Source of the DNA: Eledone cirrhosa
Lineage: Eukaryota
Length of the DNA stretch: 64,000 bases
NCBI GenBank assembly: GCA_964016885.1
Contig: OZ024753.1
Location: 22,506,001 to 22,570,000 of the forward strand
Direction: 5' to 3'
Numbering within the stretch: the first letter of the stretch is position 1; each line of letters starts with the position of its first letter. A program made the position numbers and the translations under genes. This document shows, piece after piece, positions 51,405 to 64,000 of the stretch. Under the pieces are notes generated by a model. The model had not been told where the DNA came from and made no database searches. It saw nothing but the letters and a program-made list of their open reading frames with translations.

Positions 51405-52098
51405 CATATATATAACTGAACAAAAAGGAAAACCGAACACATACATATATATATATGTGTTCAAATCGTAATGGACCAAAATCGCTAAGGTGAAAAAAAT
51501 ACTAACTACAGGGTTTGCTAGACTCAATTTAAGAATAAATTAAGAAAAATAAATACAAACCAGTATTGTGGTAACTACCATCACCCAGAGGGTCTTTGAT
51601 AGAACCGTTTCGCAAAATTATTTGCAAAGAGATATACCAAATTCCAGGCTCACCTTAGGGATATTGGTCCATTACGATTTGAACACATATATATATATAT
51701 ATGTCTGTGTTCGCTTTTACTTTTTTTTACTTTTACTGTGTTCGTTTTTACCGGTTGCGCATTTCTAAATGCTTTTCAAAAATAATTTTGAGATAGAGTG
51801 TCCGTGCTGTTTGCTCTGATCTGATTAGTTTTGGGAATTCTACCTGTTTTTATGTTAAAAAAGTGGCTCCAGCGTTACTTTAGTGTTGCAAAATTTCTTG
51901 TGGTCAAAACAATTTTGATTGGTCGGTAGAGGTCATGTGAGTGTAAAAAATTGATTTTGCGCCAAGCCTGTTTTTATGTTAAAAAAGTGGCTCCAGCAAC
52001 AATTCTTGTGGTCAAAACAATTTTGATTGGTCGGTAGAGGTCATGTGAATAAAAAATTGGTTTTGCGCCAAGATTGAGAAATGACTCTTTCACAACAA

Positions 52099-52160
<62 letters not shown>

Positions 52161-52235
52161 TAGTAGTAGTAGTAGTAAGGTGTTCGATGTTGTGATAATG
52201 GTTAGCAGCGATGTGTGTCAAATGGCTATTGAGAT

Positions 52236-52312
<77 letters not shown>

Positions 52313-52504
52313 GCAGAGTAATTCGTGGTGGCACGGATGGTCAGTAAGAATGTGTCTGAAAGCAATGGGGGTATTTTAGCATGTCAAAAGATATTTTTCA
52401 GCTTTTGTCTTATACGGAGAAGTGCGTGTGTGTGTGTGTGTGTGTATATAAGTCTCTTTGTATGTTGATGTACGCGTGTGTATGTGTGTGTGTATATATG
52501 TGTG

Positions 52505-52554
<50 letters not shown>

Positions 52555-52883
52555 TGACAGTATTTTTTCCCCCTGGTAAAATGGTGTACATTATTCGATT
52601 TTTTCAGTAAAATCGGTTTTCTTAATAGAACATCAAAAATCTTAACAATAAAAGGTGTGAAATGATATTCACTATATATATATACACACATACATATATC
52701 CACTATATACATATATATATATATATACATATATACATATATATACACACATATATGCACATATATTTTTTTGTGTTGCACCATAGAGCATGTGTGTTTA
52801 CGTATGTCATTGTGTTTATATGTGGGTAGAGATGTGTGCTGATGTAGGTATGTATGTTGACGTGTGTATGTTGTGGGTTCGTC

Positions 52884-55207
52884 TTAGGGAGAAGTGTTTA
52901 GACGGGGTCCGTATTTGTTAATGAAGTAAGATTCCTTGCTGATGCGCTGGGTGTGGGTGGCATTATCTTTAAATTTGTAGAGGGGAAAGATTCTGAAGTT
53001 GGGATGATTTTGGGTGGCACAGGTATCAATGTGTTCACTCAGTGGTATTTTCTTGTATTCCCGTATTTTAATTTGGGATCTATGGACAGTCATGCATTGG
53101 CGGAGGCTGTTTTTGGTCTGGCCTATGTATTGTTCTCGACAACCTGAACAAGTTAATACATATATTAGATTTTCCGATGCATATGTGAAATTGTGTTTTA
53201 CTATAAAACGTTGTCCATCTTTGAAATAGAATTCCGAACCCTCTATTAGGTTGATGCAAATGCCACAATTGGGTCTATCGCATTTTTTTACTGTGGGTTT
53301 CGTTGTTGTGGTTGGCAGTACTTTGGCATGTGTTACGATGTTTTTCATTGACTTGGATTGTCTTTTGCTCTTTATGATATCGTGTGTTCGTAGAATTTGG
53401 TTCATTCTATGGTCCTTTTTCAATACAGGGATGTTCTGGAGGATGGTGTCAAAGGCCTCATTGTTGAGGGGGTTGTGTGTGGAGATGTATGGAAGAGCTT
53501 TTAGTTTTGGTTGATTTACTTTAGGGTGTATAAGGTCCTGGGTACTGAGTTTTAGGGCACGTTGGATTCCATTGTCAATTAGTGATGCAGGGTAGTCCCT
53601 GCCTATGAGTGTGTCCTTTAGTTCTTGTAGCCGTAAGTAGCAGATGTTTTTATTGGAGACTATAGTACAGATTCTCTTGGCTAAGTTGTAGGGAATATTA
53701 ATTTTAACGTGTCTAGGGTGGCAAGAGTTGAAGGGGAGATATTGCTTGGAGTCTGTGGGCTTGTAGTATATGTCTGTTTCTATTTTTTGTTATGGATCTT
53801 AATGAGGATGTCGAGGAAGGGGAGTTGTTGATGGCTGTATTCCATGGTGAAGTTAATATTTGTGTTGAGCCCATTTATAAGGGTGTGAAATTCTTTAAGT
53901 TTTTCGATGTTTTCGTGCCAAAGGATGAAGCAGTCATCTAGATATCGCTTCCAGTTCCTTTCAATGTGTAAGTGGAGGGTGTTTCCAAATTTGTTTAGGA
54001 CTTTAGTGTAGAGGGTGATTTCCAGGTATCCCATGACTAGGTTGGCATAAGTGGGGGCTGTTTTCGTTCCCATAGCGGTCCCAGATTTCTGCCTGTAGGA
54101 TTTGTTATTGAAAACGAAGTAATTGTTCTCCAAGATAAATTTGAGTCCCTCTATCACGAATTCTTTTTTGATGCGTTGTGGGAGTTCATTGTGGAAATTA
54201 TCCAGCCATAATTGGATAGCTTCTATTCCTAGGTTGTGGGGGATGTTGGAGTATAGGTTGACTACATCGAACGTCACTAGTAGGGTTTGTTCAGAAAGTG
54301 GCATATTAGGGAGGTGATTGAGCATATCTAGGTCGTCCCTTATATAGCTTTTGATGTGCTTGAGGAAGGGTTTGAGAAGGGTATCAATGAAGTTGCTAAG
54401 ACGATGCGTTTCGCAAGCGGGGCCTGCTATTATAGGTCTTAATTTGAGATCATTGGGTGAGGGGACATTGATGACTATGTCTGTGGCTTCCTTGCATGCC
54501 TTACTTATTGATTCGCTTTTATGTACTTTAGGGATACCGTAGAAAAGGCTGGATTTACTTGTGAAGTCTGTGATGAAGCTGAATTCCTTGTTAGTGAGTC
54601 CTTCTTTGTATTGGTTGATTAGAGTTTTTAGGTTTCTCATAATTTTCTGTTGATTGTAGTGTTCAGCCTTTTCGTAGTATGTTTCGTTTTCCAAAGTGGA
54701 GAGCGCTAAGTTGATATAGAATTCTGTCTCCATTAGGACTACTGTACTCCCTTTATCAGCCTCTTTAATTGTAATGGTTCTGTCGGTTTTTAATCTATTT
54801 AATTCTTCCCATTCTTTCTTGTTGAGGTTTGGCTTGTGTTTTTGTCTGTGCAAGTGTTGGTAAGGGAAGTTTGTGATGTGTTCACAGAATTCGTCCAGGA
54901 TTTTATTTCTACCTTTTGAAGGGGTGTAATTGCTTCTATTTCTGGCTAATGATTCATCCTCATTGTACTGGTCGAATAGTTGTTCACTAAGTCGTAACTT
55001 TCTACAGAAGTCTGTGATGTCTTCCTTCATTTCATAGTAGTTAGGACGTAGTGGGGTCGGTGTGAATTTAAGACCTTTGGAGAGTAAGTTGATAAGGTTG
55101 GGTGTTGGTTCTGCACTAGTAAGATTGATAATTTTTATTACTATCGGTTTCTCCTCCCTGTCTTGTGTTATTTTGTTTGCCTGTATCTGTGTGCTGTGTC
55201 TAAAAAA
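52884..55207 (-). pseudogene. Neptune-type Penelope-like RT plus GIY-YIG frame, with one frameshift near 53783
   Basis: IINL..LLSKGLKFTPTP, EADKG, YGIPKVHK, LRPII, FDVVNLYSNI, GTAMG, RYLDD, FLD, YYKPTD, linker CDRPNCGIC and NLIY..CSGC..YIGQT. Confidence 0.9.
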
Positions 55208-55838
55208 TGGTTGGGGTAGAGGGGTTGTCTTCTGATGTTAAGTGGTCTCCTGTGTTTGTTATATTGCTTGTTGTTGTAAAATGTGGTTCGGGTTGGTGGT
55301 TGTAGATTGAATGGGGTGTTCCTGTACTGCGAGTATGGGTGTGTGTTTCTATGTGCCATGTTGTATTGTGGTGTTATAAGTAGCCTACGTTGTTGGTTGT
55401 ATCGTGTGGTGTGGGTTTGTTGTGTATTGTGGAAGCGAGAGTTGAGAAAATGGTAATTACCTTGCTGTCCCCTTGAAGCGGGGAAGTTGTTACATCTATC
55501 ATGGCGGTGGTATCTTTTCCTTATGTTTGACGATGAGGCATCCGCGTAGTAGTTGAGTGATTTGGTATGGTGTCTCCTTGAAGGGGGAAAGTTGTAAATG
55601 TCATTCTGGGGGAGATGATTTCTTGGGTTTTTGTTCCTTCTTATGGTAGCGAGGTTGGGAAGTTCATCTTCGGTGTGGTGCTTCCTTCTTCGTTTGTTAG
55701 AGGCTTGGGGGTTTGAGAAGTTGTTGTGCGGTTCAGTTATGGGTTTTACTATTTTTATGAACGGGTTATTGGAGGTGTAATCCGTTTGAAAAGTCGATTC
55801 ATAGTGTAGGAACCAAGCGGCACTTTTTTCCCAGCGTG
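55168..55838 (-). CDS. 5'-truncated upstream ORF of the Neptune-type element (Asn/Arg/His/Pro-rich)
   Basis: About 220 stop-free codons that overlap the start of the RT frame, which is -1 relative to it. Confidence 0.55.
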
Positions 55839-55840
55839 TG

Positions 55841-55965
<125 letters not shown>

Positions 55966-58849
55966 TTATATATATATATACATATATATATATATACTAC
56001 CACCTCTGTTAGTCAACTAACAGATAACGAATGACAACCTCGGACAGAGATATGAACACTCCTCTCTAAATATCTATGTAAAAACTAATAATTTTTCCTC
56101 CGCATTTTATTATTATTCGTTTAGATATGTAATTTAACTGCACTTTGCACACCCGACGTTGAAAAAGCATATATTGCTGAAACCGGTACCACAATTAAAT
56201 GCTTTGATATTATACTGAAAAAATCCCTCCAGCATTTTCTACTGAATTCTTTTCCTTTTTACTATTTGTTTATATATATATATATATACGGTATAACAAA
56301 TTATTGTTATAGGTAGTCCACTTAGATGTAGTGGAGGGTACTCCGAGTAGTGGATAGTACTAACGCTTGGCTAAGTTTGACTCAACAAGACTTTTCCATA
56401 GTGATGCTGCGAGTACGCGGTGATTTCTATGTAATAATTGGAGTAATAATTATTTCTACTTTAGGCACAAGGCCAGCAAATTACCCAGTGCATTACTGGT
56501 ACTTTATTTTATCGACCCCGTAAGGATGAAAGGCAAAGTCAAGCTCGGAGGGATTTGAACAAAGATCGTAAAGGGACGTAACTATGCTAGAAAGCATGGC
56601 GTCCGACCCTCTACCGATACTGCCAATCCACCGTAATAATACATCAAGAAAGAAGAGTGACATGGTTTGCTATACAATAAGTGCTTTATTCACATGGCTG
56701 ACAATTGTTTCTCTGAACTGGTAGGTCTAGAGATCGCTACCCGCCGGTTTTTGCGTCAATCGATCACCAATACTTCGTTATAACCAGTCTATACATCAGA
56801 GCATGCGAGAATGAAGGATATACACAGGCATGGCTTCTATATATAGTAGTGGCATTAAATCAGAACAATAATAACAATACTCACATAAATTAGCTAGATA
56901 GTAAATAGTTAAAACAATCACAACATCAATCTAAGTAAGAAATAGAGTATACTGATGACTTTAGCATGTGAAACGAACTGATACGAAACAGATGTATGAA
57001 ATTGACATGTGAAAGATGTCATGGGGTACATTATATATAGTGTAGAGATAACCTGGGGCTTGAAACAAGGGACCATTTACTTTACTGTAGGTTTGCTAAC
57101 CGTAAGATTTATTTATTATCAGACATATAAAATATTTTCATTGTAGTGAGGATGGTAATTTTTATGTGGTGTAAAGTGGATTCATTATTTAAGTGGTCTA
57201 TATTATATGTAGGGATTGTTAGTTCGAATCATGGGGGTTGTTTAGCTTTGACAGCATCAATAACAAATCATGCATGAATAAGACAACAATAACAACAATA
57301 ACAAGGTAATACAGAGGTTAAGAACGCAAGGTATATATAGAGAACATGATGAATTACGGATACATTGGGGTGTTCATTATAAGAACAGAAGGAAGGTGAT
57401 ATCTAAAGGACTGTGGTAGTAGTAAAATAATGTACTTAGAATTAAGTGTATCTGTTGAAAATCATGTGCTAATGTGAGGAGGTAGTGTTGACAGAAGCCG
57501 AGAAGAGATATATTTATGGGTTGATAAGATATATACAGGCATTACTGTGGTATAGAATTAAGGAAGCTAGAAGCTGTTTAAAGAATATTATAGTTCTGTG
57601 GTGGTCTGTGTGAGAGTGCGATTTCATATGTTGAATGCTAAGTTATGTTGGTTCGAATCACGGTGGCTTAAATCTTGTGAATTTAGTAGCGATCCTGTGT
57701 CTGCAGAAAATTGACCTTTCTATTTTGTTGTTGAGTAGCCTTTTATCGTTCCTAAGGATATACAGTAATTCAAGGTCGCAGAGCCTACAATAGGACATAC
57801 CGGTACTATATGCCCTTGCGGTCGACAACCTCGACCAGTTGAGATTGTAGTCGATGTTATTGTCCTTAAGTTCCCAGATTTTTTGGCGAGTCTTGTAGAG
57901 CCTATTAGTGCACGGTTCTTCATCGAATGTCTGTGCACATACCATCTTTTTTTAAACGTACGCGCGGTGGATCCAATGTAATGCCAGGTGGAGTTGCCCG
58001 AGTTCACCGTACACATATACACTAGGCTGGTATCAAGGCACTACCACAGTCCTTTCAATATCACCTTCCTTCTGTTCTTATAATGTACACCCCAATGTAT
58101 CCGTAATAGTATTCATCATGTTCTCTATATACCCTTGCGTTCTTAACCTCTGTATTACCTTGTTATTGTTGTTATTGTTGTCTTATTCATGCATGATTTG
58201 TTATTGATGCTGTGAAAGCTAAACAACCCCATGATTCGAACTAACAATCCCTACATATAATATAGACCACTTAAATAATGAATCCACTTTACACCACATA
58301 AAAATTACCATCCTCACTACAATGAAAATATTTTATATGTCTGATAATAAATAAATCTTACGGTTAGCAAACCTACAGTAAAGTAAATGGTCCCTTGTTT
58401 CAAGCCCCAGGTTATCGCTACACTATATATAATGTACCCCATGACAGCTTTCACATGTCAATTTCATACATCTGTTTCGTATCAGTTCGTTTCACATGCT
58501 AAAGTCATCAGTATACTCTATTTCTTACTTAGATTGATGTTGTGATTGTTTTAACTATTTACTATCTAGCTAATTTATGTGAGTATTGTTATTATTGTTC
58601 TGATTTAATGCCACTACTATATATAGAAACCATGCATGTGTAAATCCTTCATTCTCGCATGCTCTGATGAATAGACTGGTTATAACAGAGTATTGGTGAT
58701 CGATTGACGCAAAAACCGGCGGGTAGCGATCTCTAGACCTACCAGTTCAGAGAAACAATTGTCAGCAATGTGAATAAAGCACTTATTGTATAGCAAATCA
58801 TGTCACTCTTCTTTCTTGATTTATATATATATATATATATACACACACG

Positions 58850-58981
<132 letters not shown>

Positions 58982-59826
58982 CGACACTTTCCTCCATCCA
59001 TCTCTGTCTCTCATAGCGTTTGCCAGTTCTTCCGCAGTGCATCCAGTATCGTCCTCAAGTTGCTTGACGTATGTCTTCTTGGGACGACCAGCGTTTCTTG
59101 CTCCATGAGATGGACTCCATAACAACACATCACATATATATAACTGAACAAAAAGGAAAACCGAACACATACATATATATATATGTGTTCAAATCGTAAT
59201 GGACCAAAATCGCTAAGGTGAAAAAAATACTAACTACAGGGTTTGCTAGACTCAATTTAAGAATAAATTAAGAAAAATAAATACAAACCAGTATTGTGGT
59301 AACTACCATCACCCAGAGGGTCTTTGATAGAACCGTTTCGCAAAATTATTTGCAAAGAGATATACCAAATTCCAGGCTCACCTTAGGGATATTGGTCCAT
59401 TACGATTTGAACACATATATATATATATATGTCTGTGTTCGCTTTTACTTTTTTTTACTTTTACTGTGTTCGTTTTTACCGGTTGCGCATTTCTAAATGC
59501 TTTTCAAAAATAATTTTGAGATAGAGTGTCCGTGCTGTTTGCTCTGATCTGATTAGTTTTGGGAATTCTACCTGTTTTTATGTTAAAAAAGTGGCTCCAG
59601 CGTTACTTTAGTGTTGCAAAATTTCTTGTGGTCAAAACAATTTTGATTGGTCGGTAGAGGTCATGTGAGTGTAAAAAATTGATTTTGCGCCAAGCCTGTT
59701 TTTATGTTAAAAAAGTGGCTCCAGCAACAATTCTTGTGGTCAAAACAATTTTGATTGGTCGGTAGAGGTCATGTGAATAAAAAATTGGTTTTGCGCCAAG
59801 ATTGAGAAATGACTCTTTCACAACAA

Positions 59827-59886
<60 letters not shown>

Positions 59887-59961
59887 TAGTAGTAGTAGTA
59901 GTAAGGTGTTCGATGTTGTGATAATGGTTAGCAGCGATGTGTGTCAAATGGCTATTGAGAT

Positions 59962-60038
<77 letters not shown>

Positions 60039-60230
60039 GCAGAGTAATTCGTGGTGGCACGGATGGTCAGTAAGAATGTGTCTGAAAGCAATGGGGGTAT
60101 TTTAGCATGTCAAAAGATATTTTTCAGCTTTTGTCTTATACGGAGAAGTGCGTGTGTGTGTGTGTGTGTGTATATAAGTCTCTTTGTATGTTGATGTACG
60201 CGTGTGTATGTGTGTGTGTATATATGTGTG

Positions 60231-60280
<50 letters not shown>

Positions 60281-60607
60281 TGACAGTATTTTTTCCCCCT
60301 GGTAAAATGGTGTACATTATTCGATTTTTTCAGTAAAATCGGTTTTCTTAATAGAACATCAAAAATCTTAACAATAAAAGGTGTGAAATGATATTCACTA
60401 TATATATATACACACATACATATATCCACTATATACATATATATATATATACATATATACATATATATACACACATATATGCACATATATTTTTTTGTGT
60501 TGCACCATAGAGCATGTGTGTTTACGTATGTCATTGTGTTTATATGTGGGTAGAGATGTGTGCTGATGTAGGTATGTATGTTGACGTGTGTATGTTGTGG
60601 GTTCGTC

Positions 60608-62931
60608 TTAGGGAGAAGTGTTTAGACGGGGTCCGTATTTGTTAATGAAGTAAGATTCCTTGCTGATGCGCTGGGTGTGGGTGGCATTATCTTTAAATTT
60701 GTAGAGGGGAAAGATTCTGAAGTTGGGATGATTTTGGGTGGCACAGGTATCAATGTGTTCACTCAGTGGTATTTTCTTGTATTCCCGTATTTTAATTTGG
60801 GATCTATGGACAGTCATGCATTGGCGGAGGCTGTTTTTGGTCTGGCCTATGTATTGTTCTCGACAACCTGAACAAGTTAATACATATATTAGATTTTCCG
60901 ATGCATATGTGAAATTGTGTTTTACTATAAAACGTTGTCCATCTTTGAAATAGAATTCCGAACCCTCTATTAGGTTGATGCAAATGCCACAATTGGGTCT
61001 ATCGCATTTTTTTACTGTGGGTTTCGTTGTTGTGGTTGGCAGTACTTTGGCATGTGTTACGATGTTTTTCATTGACTTGGATTGTCTTTTGCTCTTTATG
61101 ATATCGTGTGTTCGTAGAATTTGGTTCATTCTATGGTCCTTTTTCAATACAGGGATGTTCTGGAGGATGGTGTCAAAGGCCTCATTGTTGAGGGGGTTGT
61201 GTGTGGAGATGTATGGAAGAGCTTTTAGTTTTGGTTGATTTACTTTAGGGTGTATAAGGTCCTGGGTACTGAGTTTTAGGGCACGTTGGATTCCATTGTC
61301 AATTAGTGATGCAGGGTAGTCCCTGCCTATGAGTGTGTCCTTTAGTTCTTGTAGCCGTAAGTAGCAGATGTTTTTATTGGAGACTATAGTACAGATTCTC
61401 TTGGCTAAGTTGTAGGGAATATTAATTTTAACGTGTCTAGGGTGGCAAGAGTTGAAGGGGAGATATTGCTTGGAGTCTGTGGGCTTGTAGTATATGTCTG
61501 TTTCTATTTTTTGTTATGGATCTTAATGAGGATGTCGAGGAAGGGGAGTTGTTGATGGCTGTATTCCATGGTGAAGTTAATATTTGTGTTGAGCCCATTT
61601 ATAAGGGTGTGAAATTCTTTAAGTTTTTCGATGTTTTCGTGCCAAAGGATGAAGCAGTCATCTAGATATCGCTTCCAGTTCCTTTCAATGTGTAAGTGGA
61701 GGGTGTTTCCAAATTTGTTTAGGACTTTAGTGTAGAGGGTGATTTCCAGGTATCCCATGACTAGGTTGGCATAAGTGGGGGCTGTTTTCGTTCCCATAGC
61801 GGTCCCAGATTTCTGCCTGTAGGATTTGTTATTGAAAACGAAGTAATTGTTCTCCAAGATAAATTTGAGTCCCTCTATCACGAATTCTTTTTTGATGCGT
61901 TGTGGGAGTTCATTGTGGAAATTATCCAGCCATAATTGGATAGCTTCTATTCCTAGGTTGTGGGGGATGTTGGAGTATAGGTTGACTACATCGAACGTCA
62001 CTAGTAGGGTTTGTTCAGAAAGTGGCATATTAGGGAGGTGATTGAGCATATCTAGGTCGTCCCTTATATAGCTTTTGATGTGCTTGAGGAAGGGTTTGAG
62101 AAGGGTATCAATGAAGTTGCTAAGACGATGCGTTTCGCAAGCGGGGCCTGCTATTATAGGTCTTAATTTGAGATCATTGGGTGAGGGGACATTGATGACT
62201 ATGTCTGTGGCTTCCTTGCATGCCTTACTTATTGATTCGCTTTTATGTACTTTAGGGATACCGTAGAAAAGGCTGGATTTACTTGTGAAGTCTGTGATGA
62301 AGCTGAATTCCTTGTTAGTGAGTCCTTCTTTGTATTGGTTGATTAGAGTTTTTAGGTTTCTCATAATTTTCTGTTGATTGTAGTGTTCAGCCTTTTCGTA
62401 GTATGTTTCGTTTTCCAAAGTGGAGAGCGCTAAGTTGATATAGAATTCTGTCTCCATTAGGACTACTGTACTCCCTTTATCAGCCTCTTTAATTGTAATG
62501 GTTCTGTCGGTTTTTAATCTATTTAATTCTTCCCATTCTTTCTTGTTGAGGTTTGGCTTGTGTTTTTGTCTGTGCAAGTGTTGGTAAGGGAAGTTTGTGA
62601 TGTGTTCACAGAATTCGTCCAGGATTTTATTTCTACCTTTTGAAGGGGTGTAATTGCTTCTATTTCTGGCTAATGATTCATCCTCATTGTACTGGTCGAA
62701 TAGTTGTTCACTAAGTCGTAACTTTCTACAGAAGTCTGTGATGTCTTCCTTCATTTCATAGTAGTTAGGACGTAGTGGGGTCGGTGTGAATTTAAGACCT
62801 TTGGAGAGTAAGTTGATAAGGTTGGGTGTTGGTTCTGCACTAGTAAGATTGATAATTTTTATTACTATCGGTTTCTCCTCCCTGTCTTGTGTTATTTTGT
62901 TTGCCTGTATCTGTGTGCTGTGTCTAAAAAA
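60608..62931 (-). pseudogene. Duplicate of the Neptune-type RT plus GIY-YIG frame
   Basis: Translations are identical to 52884-55207. Confidence 0.9.
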
Positions 62932-63562
62932 TGGTTGGGGTAGAGGGGTTGTCTTCTGATGTTAAGTGGTCTCCTGTGTTTGTTATATTGCTTGTTGTTG
63001 TAAAATGTGGTTCGGGTTGGTGGTTGTAGATTGAATGGGGTGTTCCTGTACTGCGAGTATGGGTGTGTGTTTCTATGTGCCATGTTGTATTGTGGTGTTA
63101 TAAGTAGCCTACGTTGTTGGTTGTATCGTGTGGTGTGGGTTTGTTGTGTATTGTGGAAGCGAGAGTTGAGAAAATGGTAATTACCTTGCTGTCCCCTTGA
63201 AGCGGGGAAGTTGTTACATCTATCATGGCGGTGGTATCTTTTCCTTATGTTTGACGATGAGGCATCCGCGTAGTAGTTGAGTGATTTGGTATGGTGTCTC
63301 CTTGAAGGGGGAAAGTTGTAAATGTCATTCTGGGGGAGATGATTTCTTGGGTTTTTGTTCCTTCTTATGGTAGCGAGGTTGGGAAGTTCATCTTCGGTGT
63401 GGTGCTTCCTTCTTCGTTTGTTAGAGGCTTGGGGGTTTGAGAAGTTGTTGTGCGGTTCAGTTATGGGTTTTACTATTTTTATGAACGGGTTATTGGAGGT
63501 GTAATCCGTTTGAAAAGTCGATTCATAGTGTAGGAACCAAGCGGCACTTTTTTCCCAGCGTG
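62892..63562 (-). CDS. Duplicate of the Neptune-type upstream ORF
   Basis: Identical to 55168-55838. Confidence 0.55.
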
Positions 63563-63564
63563 TG

Positions 63565-63695
<131 letters not shown>

Positions 63696-64000
63696 ATATA
63701 TACACAGATAAATCTACCAATCAATGGTAGGGTCTAAACCGTATGAAGAACTCAATGTAATCCGTATGTAGAAGATGTCGGGAAGCAAAGTCTAAAATAC
63801 AAAATTTTCAACGATATAATTCATTGGATACAGAGTCAAAAATAAAAATATTAAAACAATGAACTTAAACATTTCTGAAGACGGCGGGTAGTGAAGACGT
63901 ATGTATTTTTTCTTACTATGATATTTTGTAATATATTTTACATAGATCAATAATTGAATGGACATACAGGGTGCTACCCCCCCCCCCAGAAACGATCGTA

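Noticed and set aside
53780-53790. Second programmed frameshift in the Neptune-type RT
   Set aside because: It falls inside the RT in an A-run and does not fit a good X_XXY_YYZ heptamer, so it is probably a one-base deletion.

Overview
AT-rich, microsatellite-dense animal genomic DNA with no recognisable host gene. The repeat families suggest a coleoid cephalopod such as Octopus (inference). The window is almost entirely mobile DNA: a near-intact two-ORF Tx1-type LINE (about 9.8-15.8 kb) tail-to-tail with a near-intact R4/Dong-type RLE LINE (15.9-19.85 kb), several Penelope-like elements (Naiad-type and Neptune-type), RTE LINE pieces, a Chapaev3-like DNA transposon, Helitron-like elements, tRNA-derived SINEs, and a near-identical 7.72-kb tandem duplication (48.1-63.7 kb). 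Main signals read from the sequence: (1) many inserts in (TA)n tracts have two outward-facing 3' ends (inverted arms), and many carry minimal type I hammerhead ribozyme motifs, some with core variants or a very long stem II; (2) the Neptune-type element has an upstream ORF joined to its RT frame by an in-frame U_UUU_UUA slippery heptamer; (3) the Dong 5' UTR can form a nested double pseudoknot; (4) a non-coding, partially tandem family of about 520 bp resembles a retrozyme; (5) the SINE and the Tx1 LINE share a 3'-terminal motif. All RNA folds and family assignments were made by eye and have not been computed.
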